Assembly (NCBI GenBank): GCA_044224875.1
Contig: JBGAJQ010000050.1
Location: 1 to 40,002, forward strand
DNA length: 40,002 nucleotides
From: Gemmatimonadaceae bacterium
GTDB lineage: Bacteria > Gemmatimonadota > Gemmatimonadetes > Gemmatimonadales > Gemmatimonadaceae
Direction: 5' to 3'
Part shown: one piece after another, positions 9,565 through 18,581 of the stretch
Layout: each line of letters begins with the position of its first letter
Numbering within the stretch: position 1 is the stretch's first letter
Position numbers and translations under genes: made by a program
The notes under the pieces: model-generated
Database searches by the model: none
What the model was told of the DNA's origin: nothing
What the model saw: the letters and a program-made list of their open reading frames with translations, nothing else

Positions 9565-9723
9565 CTAGAAAATGGTGTAGATGAATGGGGCCAATGCCGA
9601 CCCTTGGGCGAAGACTATGAGGCCGCCCATCAGAAGCATCAGGACAATGATCGGCAGTATGATCACCTTCTTTCGGTGCCTGGCGTAGGCGACCAACTCG
9701 CCCACTAGGCCGGTTCGTGGCAT
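9565..9723 (-). CDS. Small membrane protein, DUF5989/SxtK-like (52 aa; not in ORF track)
   Basis: Translated by hand: MPRTGLVGELVAYARHRKKVIILPIIVLMLLMGGLIVFAQGSALAPFIYTIF*. GAGGTG RBS; 'RKK...P...QGSALAPFIYT.F' signature; follows the SxtJ-like gene. Confidence 0.88.
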   Translation of the reverse strand: MPRTGLVGELVAYARHRKKVIILPIIVLMLLMGGLIVFAQGSALAPFIYTIF

Positions 9724-9731
9724 GCGTCACC

Positions 9732-10136
9732 TCAGAATTGATGTGTCAAATCGCTTCGCCGTGCGTTGTCAGCGCGAGCCACCCAGGCCGAGTGACCATG
9801 TGGGTGCCGGACCATCGCGCGCCGACCGAACATGCGGCGCACCACTCCCACCGGTGTGATGATCCCGAAATAGAGTACGCCCATCACCAGCGGAGTCGTG
9901 ACCTTAGAAAGTACGTGCGCCAATGACATCCAGCCACGCTCGACCGGCAAGAGCGCCCGTGGTACGACGGCGCCTCCGATGACCAAGGCACCCCCGAGCC
10001 CAGCGAAGACCCGCATGGTGATCGGATGTCCGCGCCACAGCGAGAACAATCCGAGCACCAGAAAGGCGGCGCCGACGGTGAATCCAAAGCGGCGTCCCTT
10101 GGACGCACTCAGTCCAGCTGAAACGTCGTCTGCCAT
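9732..10136 (-). CDS. SxtJ-family membrane protein
   Basis: 'GRRFGFTVG', 'P..L.PVERGWMSLAHVLSKVTTPLVMGVLYFGIITPVG', ends 'LTHQF'; ATG 10136 with GGAGG upstream, overlapping the carbamoyltransferase end. Confidence 0.85.
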   Translation of the reverse strand: MADDVSAGLSASKGRRFGFTVGAAFLVLGLFSLWRGHPITMRVFAGLGGALVIGGAVVPRALLPVERGWMSLAHVLSKVTTPLVMGVLYFGIITPVGVVRRMFGRRAMVRHPHGHSAWVARADNARRSDLTHQF

Positions 10137-11919
10137 GTCTCCGCCTCCTTCCATTCAGGTTGTTCGGTCTTGTCGAGGAGGAAGGGCCACAACACGAGGT
10201 GGTCGATGTGGGTGCGCATGAAGCAGCGATACGCGTCTTCGGGTGTGCACACGATAGGCTCTCCGCGCACGTTGAACGATGTGTTCACCAGCAACCCGCA
10301 TCCGGTCTGACGTTCGAACTCGCTGATCAGGTCAAAGTAGTTTGGGCTGCGTTCCCGGTCGACGGTTTGCACGCGCGCCGAGTAGTCGATGTGCGTGACC
10401 GCGGGAATGTCCGATCGAACAACGTTCAGCTGTTCGATCCCCCACAACGTGCGCTGTTCCGCGGTCATGGGGATCTGGCGCTCGGTCTTGACGGGCGCCA
10501 CCAGCAGCATGTACGGCGAATCCACGTTCAGTTCGAAGTAGTCAGAGACTCGATGTCGCAGCACACTCGGCGCAAAGGGTCGGAAACCCTCGCGAAACTT
10601 GATCTTGATGTTCATCTGGGCTTGCATCTGCGGACTTCGCGGGTCGCCCAGGATGCTCCGCGCGCCTAACGCCCGCGGACCAAATTCCATCCGTCCGTCA
10701 AACCACCCCACGACCTTCTCGCTCGCCAGCAACTCGGCCGTGGTTCGGAGCAGTTGGTCCCGATCCAGTCTGCGGTATCGGGCACCCCTCGCATCGAGGA
10801 ACGTCCTAATGTCGTCTTCTGTGAAAGCGGGGCCGAGTAGCGCGCCGTGCATGCCATCGGTCCCGGACGGAGTCGCCCGTGGCTTGCCCAGGTGCCGATG
10901 CCAGGCCAACGCGGCAACGCCAAGCGCTCCGCCAGCGTCACCCGCGGCCGGTTGAATCCACAACTCGTCGAACGGACCCTCGCGGAGCAGTCGGCCGTTC
11001 GCGACGCAATTGAGGGCAACACCGCCCGCCATCACCAGCGAGCGCGCTCCCGTGTCCCTGTGCAGCTGGCGAGCCATTCGAAGGATGACATCTTCGCAGA
11101 TCACCTGCACGGAACGCGCAAGGTCCATCTCCTTCTGCGTCAGACGGCTCTCTGGTTCACGCGGGGGCCCCCCGAAAAGGTCGTGAAAGGCACCATTCGT
11201 CATGCGCAGGCCACCCAGATAGTCGAAATACTTCTGGTTCAGCGTGAACGACCCGTCGTCTCTGAGGTCGACGAGCTCCTTCAGCATGAGGTCCACGTAC
11301 TTGGGCGCGCCGTACGGCGCGAGCCCCATGACCTTGTATTCTCCGGAGTTGACCTTGAATCCCGTGTATGACGTGACGGCAGAGTACAGAAGCCCGAGCG
11401 AGTCCGGCCAGTGCAGCTCCTTCAGCATCTCGATATCGTTCCCACGCCCCATGCCCATCGACGCCGTTGCCCATTCCCCGACACCATCCACAGTCAGGAT
11501 CGCGGCCTCCTGAAACGGGGACGGGAAGAAGGCGCTGGCCGCATGCGACTCATGATGCTCGGCGAACAGGATGTCGTACTTCCAAGCTGACGGGAGATGA
11601 ACAGTTTGTCCTTGATCCAAAGCGGACCTGCCTTCAACAACTGCTGGAACCCACGAGGCGCTATGTCCAAATACGTCTCGAGGATCCGCTCGAACTTCAG
11701 CAGTGGTTTGTCGTAGAATCCGACGGCACTGACGTCCGAGATCTCAATGCCGTTATGGCGAAGGCAGAACTCGACGGCGTGACGCGGGAATCCCGCGTCC
11801 CCCTTGACCCGCGTGAAGCGTTCCTCTGACGCGGCGGCGACCACGTCGCCGTCGGCGAGCAAACACGCGGCACTGTCGTGATAGTAGGCCGAGATGCCTA
11901 GGACAAAAGTGCGCGACAT
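10109..11919 (-). CDS. Carbamoyltransferase (NodU/CmcH/SxtI family), split by one frameshift near 11580
   Basis: N-part 'LGISAYYHDSAA...EERFTRVK...FYDKPLLKFER' (11919->~11583) joins C-part 'FAEHHESHAASAF...DGVGE...EYKVMGLAPYG...GGVALNC...MEFGPRALG...FRPFAP...NTSFNVRGEPIV' in another frame. Confidence 0.9.
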
Positions 11920-12103
11920 TCGTATCCGCGAAGGATTGGCGCGAAAATAGCGTGCACCAACTGTGCCGTAGTTGCAAGGAAGGAAATGCCGACGAAAGCG
12001 CCGAGGCGTCCTCTTGCCGTCAGCCTCACTTATCCCAAGCTTGCCCTAGGGATGCCTGCGACTGGTACGGCCGCGGCATGGGATAGGCTCTGACGAGACA
12101 GCA

Positions 12104-13234
12104 ATGACTGACTCCGATCCCCCAACTCGCGCTAGACCGCGCACGCTGGCGGCGCTGGCCGTTATTCTCCCCGTGGGTGCGTTTGTCATGCTGGAGGGGG
12201 CTAGCTCGCTGGCGCTCTGGGTGCGGGACGTTGTCACGTCACCACCCATACTTGCTGAAGAGACGAGCACTAGGTACGACCCGGAAATTGGATGGGTGTC
12301 GAAGCCCTCCTTCGTCGCCCCTGATATGTATGGGACCGGATTGGCACTCCATACGAACCGGCGCGGTTTCCGTGGTCAAGCAGAGACTTCGGACTCACTC
12401 CCAGCCGATACCAAACGACTGGTGTGCTCCGGCGACTCCTTCACGTTAGGCTATGGTGTCGCTGACGACGATACGTGGTGCGCGCGCCTCGCCACGCCGC
12501 GCCTGCAAACGGTCAACATGGGGCAGGGGGGATACGGGATCGATCAGGCGTACCTGTGGTACCGCCGAGATGCTCGCAATCTCGAACATAATGTTCAGGT
12601 GCTGGCCTTCATCACCGACGACTTCAAACGCATGGCCAGCGACCACTTCCTGGACTATGGCAAGCCAAAGCTCGTGATTGAGGGTGACTCGCTGGCCGTT
12701 CGTGGCGTACCCGTACCACCCAGGCCGAAGGCGTCCTGGATCTCGCGAGTTGTGCCGGCCTTGGGGAATCTGCGAACGGCCGAACTCGTGGGCACGCTAG
12801 TGCCGCGCCGTCGCGGCCAACGACCGGGGAATCCGGATAGCGGAGCGCGTAAGGGTGCCAAGGCAGCTACGCAGGTCCGGGACGTCATGTCAAAGCTGGT
12901 CGTTGCATTGGCGCAACTGAATGTCGCAAAAGGGAGTCGACTGGTCTTGGTCTACCTACCGGTCGAAACCGACTACAAGAACGACGCGTCACGCGATTGG
13001 CGGGATGATATCGCGGGGATCGCCGACTCCTCCGGGGTCCCCTTCATCGACCTCATTCCGGCCCTGCGCCAGCTCACACGCACGGAAGTGGCAGCGCTTT
13101 TCATACAGAAAACCGACGGGAAGTTCGACGCCGCCGCCGGACACTTCACGCCAGAGGGGAACGCATGGGCCGCCGACCGCCTGCGCGAACGACTGACGGC
13201 GCTCGGACTGTTGGACCCAACGAGCCCCGACTAG
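12104..13234 (+). CDS. Membrane-anchored SGNH/GDSL hydrolase-family protein
   Basis: N-terminal TM; block I 'GDSFTLG', block II 'NMGQGGYG', C-terminal 'GHFTPEGN'. Confidence 0.85.
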   Translation: MTDSDPPTRARPRTLAALAVILPVGAFVMLEGASSLALWVRDVVTSPPILAEETSTRYDPEIGWVSKPSFVAPDMYGTGLALHTNRRGFRGQAETSDSLPADTKRLVCSGDSFTLGYGVADDDTWCARLATPRLQTVNMGQGGYGIDQAYLWYRRDARNLEHNVQVLAFITDDFKRMASDHFLDYGKPKLVIEGDSLAVRGVPVPPRPKASWISRVVPALGNLRTAELVGTLVPRRRGQRPGNPDSGARKGAKAATQVRDVMSKLVVALAQLNVAKGSRLVLVYLPVETDYKNDASRDWRDDIAGIADSSGVPFIDLIPALRQLTRTEVAALFIQKTDGKFDAAAGHFTPEGNAWAADRLRERLTALGLLDPTSPD

Positions 13235-13238
13235 CCAC

Positions 13239-13685
13239 TCAGGAAGTAACGGTTCCCGTCTCGAGTAATCGTTCGAGCGCGGGCAGTGGCATCGCCCCAC
13301 TCACACGCGTCAGTTCCTCTCCGCCACGAAAGACAATCGTGGTGGGAATTCCGCGTATCTGGTATTTCTCAGATGTTGCTGGCGCGAGATCCGTGTTCAG
13401 TTTGGCGACTAGTGCGCGGCCGAGATGCCGATGCGCTAGTTCATCGACCGCCGGCGCCATCATCTTGCAGGGGCCACACCAGTCGGCGTAGAAGTCCACC
13501 AAAATCGGCAACGTGCTGTCGGATATCGTTCGAGCAAACGAATCCTCCTGCAGAGCCCACGGTCGGTCCAGCAACATTGGCCTCGCGCATTTTCCGCACT
13601 TCGGCCGATCCTCGATGCGTGATGCCTCGACTCGATTCCACGTTGCGCAGAATTGGCAGCGAAGCGTGAGGTATGGCTCCTCCAC
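13239..13685 (-). CDS. trxC: Thioredoxin 2 (Zn-finger thioredoxin)
   Basis: CQFC...CGKC zinc motifs plus 'VDFYADWCGPCKMMAP'; GTG start at 13685 preceded by GGGGAGG (the ORF track start of 13979 is over-extended through the tRNA). Confidence 0.9.
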   Translation of the reverse strand: MEEPYLTLRCQFCATWNRVEASRIEDRPKCGKCARPMLLDRPWALQEDSFARTISDSTLPILVDFYADWCGPCKMMAPAVDELAHRHLGRALVAKLNTDLAPATSEKYQIRGIPTTIVFRGGEELTRVSGAMPLPALERLLETGTVTS

Positions 13686-13841
13686 AAATACCTCCCCAAT
13701 CGGATAGGCGAAATGAATGGCACGTGCAACGCGCGCGCATGTGCTGACCCGCCTGATCTGGCGTCGGGCATCCCCCAGACGACTACTAATGCGGACTACT
13801 GCACAAGCCCGAACTCTTTTAGCTTTCTGCACTTCCAACAG

Positions 13842-13914
13842 GGGGCGGTAGCTCAGCTGGGAGAGCACCTGGTTTGCAACCAGGGGGTCGCCGGTTCGAT
13901 CCCGGTCCGCTCCA
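13842..13914 (+). tRNA. tRNA-Ala(TGC), CCA not encoded
   Basis: Acceptor stem GGGGCGG/CCGCTCC with G3:U70 Ala identity pair; D-arm GCTC/GAGC; anticodon arm CCTGG-TT TGC AA-CCAGG; T-loop GGTTCGATCC; discriminator A. Confidence 0.97.
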
Positions 13915-14255
13915 TACCCCTCGTCCCGTCGATACCTTCGACGGCCCAGCGCCGCTGACGAGCCTCCGCGTTTGAACACGCGTTTCGAAAAATGCTGCCG
14001 TGAGGCCCACGTCGGTCGGTGAGCGCGATAGGCGTGCTGGCCCCGATTCTGCTACATCGTCAGTGCTGACGCTCTTGCATCCTCGGGCTTCGCTGTTGAC
14101 GATACCTATGCCCCGGCCTGGATGCGAGACAGCACTGCAGGCGAGTTGTCCAAGATATTGTGGATAAATAGGTTGGTAGCGTCCACCTGAAGTCGGTTCA
14201 GGCGGAACGCCGTCCCCCGCTCAGGGGCACTCCGCACAGGATCATAGGCCACTCG

Positions 14256-16145
14256 ATGCCTAACTTGGCGCCGTCGAATCCCACTGGCCGCGGCTCACTG
14301 CGAACGCTGCGAATCGCCGTCTTTGTCGGCTTGCTCGCGGGTGGTCTCGAGCTAGCGCTTCTCGCATTCCGAAAACTCGCGATGGGACGACCGTCGTTTG
14401 GGATGGATCAGAAACTCTCGCTGATCGCCGACTACCGAATCGTCTGGGCCGTCCCGCTGGCAGAAACGCTGACCATGCTCGTCCCGGGCATTCTCTTGGC
14501 GCTCGCAGTACGATGGCTTTCACCGCAGCGCGGCGTCTTCTGGTCGGTGGCGATCCTTGGGGCGATGGGCGTCTGGAGCGTGCTCCTGAATTTCCTGTGG
14601 CTGCACAAGATCGCGGGGCTCGCCTTGGCCGTCGGCAGCGGCGTGTTCTTCGCGCGGATCGCGGCGCCGCGCGTCGACGCGTTTGACCGCCTCGTCAGCC
14701 GCTCCCTTGTCTGCATGACCGTCACCGTTGCGGCTGCGGCTCTCTTTACGACTTGGCGCCACCAGCGCCCCGAGCGCGCCATGCTCGCGAGCGCGGCGCC
14801 GAACTCGGATGCTCCCAACGTCGTGCTCATCATTCTGGACACCGTCCGCGGCTTCAACCTGAGTGCCTACGGTTACGAGCGGGAGACGACTCCGAACATC
14901 GATCGCCTGGCCAAGAGTGGCACGCTCTTCGAACACGCGTACTCAACGGCACCTTGGACACTCCCTTCTCACGCCAGCATGTTCACGGGGAGGCTGCCAC
15001 ACGAACTCTCGGCGGATGTCACGGCGCCGCTCGATGACACCCACCCGACGATCGCCGAGCAAATGCGCGACCGCGGGTACCTGACGGCGGGCTTCGTGGC
15101 CAACCATTGGTATTGCCTGGCGGAATCAGGTCTCAACCGCGGTTTTGGCCACTACGCCGACTTCGCGTTCAACCGGGCCATGCTCGCCCACAACTCGGCG
15201 ATCCTGCGAGTCATGGGACCGGCCAAGCTCATGGGCCTCATGGGGGCGAGTGCGCGCCTCTACGACAAGTCCGCCGATCAGGTCAATCAAGAGTTCCTAG
15301 CTTGGCTGCCGCGCACCGACGGCCGTCCATACTTCGCGTTCCTGAACTATCTGGATGCGCATCGCCCGTATTTGCCGCCAGCTCCATACGACAAGAAGTT
15401 TTCATCGAGTCGTGACACGAGGCTCCGGTACATCCGCCAGGGTGCGACGTCCAAGTTTCCGGCAGACGCTCCCAAGGTTTTCATGGACGCGTACGACGAG
15501 TCGCTCCACTATTTGGATGACCGCGTCGGCCGTCTGGTTCGTGAGTTGGCAAAGCGCGATTCGCTGCGCAATACCATTGTGATCATCACGTCCGATCACG
15601 GGGAGCAGTTTGGCGAGCGAGGTATGTACTACCACGCGAACACCCTCTACAGCCAGCTACTCCGGGTTCCCCTAATCGCGTTTGGTGGTCCCCGCATTCC
15701 CGTAGGCAAACGCGTGCCGCACCCTGTCAGCCTACAGGATCTCGCGCCGACGATCGTCGACCTCGCGGCGCCGGGAGCAGAACATCCATTTCCGGGCAAG
15801 TCACTCGCGAGGTTCTGGCGCCACGACTCGCTCGCGACTCCTGCACCGACGCTCGCCGCAGAGTTGAGCCAAGCAACGCAGTTGATTCAGGAGTTTGCGC
15901 CCAAGCAGCGAGGGATCTGGTCCGTGTTCGTGGACGGCAAGCATTTCATCAAGAACGGAAAGCAGGGGAAAGAAGGGCTGCTGGTCGAGGAGCTGTACGA
16001 CGTCCTTGCCGACCCGCGAGAGGAACGAAACCTCATCGCCGATGGTGCGATGCAGCCGCTGCTGCCACGCATGCGCGCCACCCTTGATTCCGCGTTTGTG
16101 GTGGACACAGGCAAGGCGCCCCGCGGGGGAAAGGACTCCAACTAG
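14256..16145 (+). CDS. Membrane-anchored sulfatase-like hydrolase/transferase (alkaline phosphatase superfamily)
   Basis: About 5 N-terminal TM helices; 'PNVVLIILDTVR', 'STAPWTLPSHASMFTG', 'NYLDAHRPY', 'TSDHGEQFGERG', 'ELYDVLADPREERNL'. Confidence 0.88.
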   Translation: MPNLAPSNPTGRGSLRTLRIAVFVGLLAGGLELALLAFRKLAMGRPSFGMDQKLSLIADYRIVWAVPLAETLTMLVPGILLALAVRWLSPQRGVFWSVAILGAMGVWSVLLNFLWLHKIAGLALAVGSGVFFARIAAPRVDAFDRLVSRSLVCMTVTVAAAALFTTWRHQRPERAMLASAAPNSDAPNVVLIILDTVRGFNLSAYGYERETTPNIDRLAKSGTLFEHAYSTAPWTLPSHASMFTGRLPHELSADVTAPLDDTHPTIAEQMRDRGYLTAGFVANHWYCLAESGLNRGFGHYADFAFNRAMLAHNSAILRVMGPAKLMGLMGASARLYDKSADQVNQEFLAWLPRTDGRPYFAFLNYLDAHRPYLPPAPYDKKFSSSRDTRLRYIRQGATSKFPADAPKVFMDAYDESLHYLDDRVGRLVRELAKRDSLRNTIVIITSDHGEQFGERGMYYHANTLYSQLLRVPLIAFGGPRIPVGKRVPHPVSLQDLAPTIVDLAAPGAEHPFPGKSLARFWRHDSLATPAPTLAAELSQATQLIQEFAPKQRGIWSVFVDGKHFIKNGKQGKEGLLVEELYDVLADPREERNLIADGAMQPLLPRMRATLDSAFVVDTGKAPRGGKDSN

Positions 16146-16298
16146 CAGCGCGGCTCATCTCGCCACGCCTCAAACCTCGGTGAATGCCGGCGGAGATCGG
16201 TTGCCGTGAGTCGCGGGCGTCGGGTACCTTCCGGCCCGACCACTCACCGCGTCAGGACTCATGTTCGATCGTGCGCTCGAAGCCAGGAGGCCGTCCAG

Positions 16299-18581
16299 TT
16301 GACGGCGACTGAAACCACGCCACTGGACCCGGTGGATCTTCTCGCGCGAGCCGACAAGTGGTTCCTCGGATGCGGCGACGGGATCATCTTCGCGCCGCCA
16401 TTCCCCGTGTGGCTGGACGCACCGGGTTTCTGGGATGAAGGCACCATCTACCAGTACTCGTTCGCGCCGCTCTATACGGTCACGCTCCTGGCGGAGGATG
16501 GGCGTGAGGTGCCGCTGCGGGCGGTCCGTCGGCGGTGGACACCGTCGGAGCTGACGGTGGAGTTTGCCGGCCCCGATGGGATTGAGGCGCTGGAGACGCG
16601 GTCGGTGCATATCGGCGGCGTCTTCGTGTCGGAGTGGAAGATTTCGAGCCCACACCCACGGCCATTGCACCTGGTGGCGTGGACCGCACAGGACGCGGCG
16701 ACGGTGGAATCCGGATCGCTCGCATTCGAACGCACGTTGATGTTCAACCGCACATTGCGCGATCGCCGGGAGGTCCCTTTTCGCGTGCACGCGGAACTGG
16801 CGTGCGCCAGTGGTGCCGCAACCACCTGGGCGGCATCGGTGAGCGAGCGAAGCGCCTCGCAGCCGCATTGGCGCTTCACACCGTTCGTGGAGCAGTGGCG
16901 CGGTGACGGCCTTCCATGCCGCGTTCGACAAGAGGGGATCTCGCCGGAGGGGTTGCTCTACGCGGCGATTCATCATGCATTGCCAGCGAACGTTCGCGAG
17001 TCCTCTGCCGGCTTTGCCATGCGCCTGACCCCTGCGGACGCGGACTTGCGACACGGGCGAGGTCGGCACGCGGGGCCACGGCGACCGCCAGGAACACCAC
17101 GCGACGCCGCCGTCGTCGGGGCCGCGCCGACCCCTGGTTCGTTAGGCGCTGCCAGTCGCCGGCGCTGGACGGAGCTCTTCGCCATGGCTCCGCACTTCCG
17201 CTGCTCCGATCCGTACTTCGAGCGCTACTACTGGTATCGATGGTATGGACTCTGGCTGAATGCGGTGGATGGCGGCGTCGGAAATTTCGAAGGGCCCAGC
17301 ATGTGTGAAGGCATCGGGTTCTTTCACCAACCCATCACGTACTCTGGCCAGTGCCATGTCCGGGAGCTGCGGTGGCTGTCGGATCCCGCATGGGCGCAGG
17401 GGGTGTTGCGGTCGTTCTTCCGACTGCAGAAACCGGACGGGAGCCTGCACGGCCGAATCTACGTGAACCACCTGTCGGGGACCGACTTCTATCACGCGAA
17501 CTGGGGTGACGCCTTGCTCGCCCTGGATGCCGTGTGGCCTAACGACGAGTTTCTCCGCGAGATGTACCCGGCGCTGGCGCGGCACTCGGACTGGTTGGCT
17601 GAGTCCAGAGATGCTGAAGGATCGGGCATGATCGACGTCGTGGATCAGTACGAGACGGGACAGGAGTACATGTCCCGTTACCAGGCGGTAGATCCACGGG
17701 CCGACGCCTACGGATGGGAAAATCGCATTCGCCTCAAGGGGATTGATGTCACCGTGTACGCCTACGCACTGGCGCGCGCGCTCGAGTCATTGGCCCAGCG
17801 CGTGGGGCAGGTCGATCTGGTGCCTAAGTGGCGCTCGCGCGCAGAGCAGATCGCCGACGCCGTTCGCCAGCGCATGTGGGACCCGTCCCAATCGATGTTC
17901 ACCGACGTGAATCCGGCCACGGGCGAACGAACGGGGGTGGCTGCGGCCGTGTGCTTCTATCCGTACTTCACCGACATCGCGGACTCTTCGCACCTGGACG
18001 GGATGGTCGGCAACCTGCTCAACCCGAATCGCTTCTGGACCCAATATCCCGTCCCGTCGTCCGCGCTCGACGATCCGCTCTTCAACGCCGAAGCCGAATG
18101 GAAGGGCAGGCGGCACGTGTGTCCGTGGAATGGGCGCGTCTGGCCCATGACCAATAGCCACATCGCCGAGGCTCTCGGTCGATGGGCAACGCCGGACCAA
18201 CCGCAGATCCGACAAGGCGTGGTACGACTCATCCACCAGTTCGTGCGCATGATGTTCCATGATGGGGACCTGGAGCGGCCGAACTGCTTTGAGCACTACA
18301 ATCCGCACACTGGGCAGGCATCCGTCTACCGTGGGGTGGACGACTATCAGCATTCGTGGGTAGTGGATCTGTTGATCCAGTACGTCGCCGGGCTTCGTCC
18401 CACGGGCACGGGGCTGGTTGTAGATCCGCTTCCCTTTGACGTCGACATGGTGGAGCTGACGGGCGTACGCGTGCGTGGGCGTACCGTGAGTCTCCGACGG
18501 AACGGATCGCACTACGTCGTGGAGATCGATGGCGAGCGCTTTGAGCGCTCTCTCGGTGACGTGTTCTTGCTCGAGTGGTGA
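16299..18581 (+). CDS. (alpha/alpha)6-barrel glycoside hydrolase (MGH1/GH63-like, trehalase-like)
   Basis: 'QYETGQE', 'WNGRVWPMTN', 'FEHYNPHTG', 'DDYQHSW' resemble GH63-like catalytic regions; TTG start at 16299 after AGGAGG. Confidence 0.75.
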   Translation: MTATETTPLDPVDLLARADKWFLGCGDGIIFAPPFPVWLDAPGFWDEGTIYQYSFAPLYTVTLLAEDGREVPLRAVRRRWTPSELTVEFAGPDGIEALETRSVHIGGVFVSEWKISSPHPRPLHLVAWTAQDAATVESGSLAFERTLMFNRTLRDRREVPFRVHAELACASGAATTWAASVSERSASQPHWRFTPFVEQWRGDGLPCRVRQEGISPEGLLYAAIHHALPANVRESSAGFAMRLTPADADLRHGRGRHAGPRRPPGTPRDAAVVGAAPTPGSLGAASRRRWTELFAMAPHFRCSDPYFERYYWYRWYGLWLNAVDGGVGNFEGPSMCEGIGFFHQPITYSGQCHVRELRWLSDPAWAQGVLRSFFRLQKPDGSLHGRIYVNHLSGTDFYHANWGDALLALDAVWPNDEFLREMYPALARHSDWLAESRDAEGSGMIDVVDQYETGQEYMSRYQAVDPRADAYGWENRIRLKGIDVTVYAYALARALESLAQRVGQVDLVPKWRSRAEQIADAVRQRMWDPSQSMFTDVNPATGERTGVAAAVCFYPYFTDIADSSHLDGMVGNLLNPNRFWTQYPVPSSALDDPLFNAEAEWKGRRHVCPWNGRVWPMTNSHIAEALGRWATPDQPQIRQGVVRLIHQFVRMMFHDGDLERPNCFEHYNPHTGQASVYRGVDDYQHSWVVDLLIQYVAGLRPTGTGLVVDPLPFDVDMVELTGVRVRGRTVSLRRNGSHYVVEIDGERFERSLGDVFLLEW

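Noticed and set aside
9565..13234. Saxitoxin biosynthesis cluster
   Set aside because: Core genes (sxtA, sxtG, sxtB, etc.) are absent; sxtIJK-like genes occur widely on their own.
13718..13732. TGGCACG-N4-ACGC sigma-54-like element upstream of the tRNA
   Set aside because: Weak -12 element; sigma-54 tRNA promoters are unlikely; plausible by chance.
13686..13979. N-terminal extension of the 246-aa thioredoxin ORF
   Set aside because: Runs antisense through tRNA-Ala; a strong RBS supports GTG 13685.
13842..16145. Prophage or integrative element at tRNA-Ala
   Set aside because: No integrase and no duplicated tRNA 3' end seen in the window.
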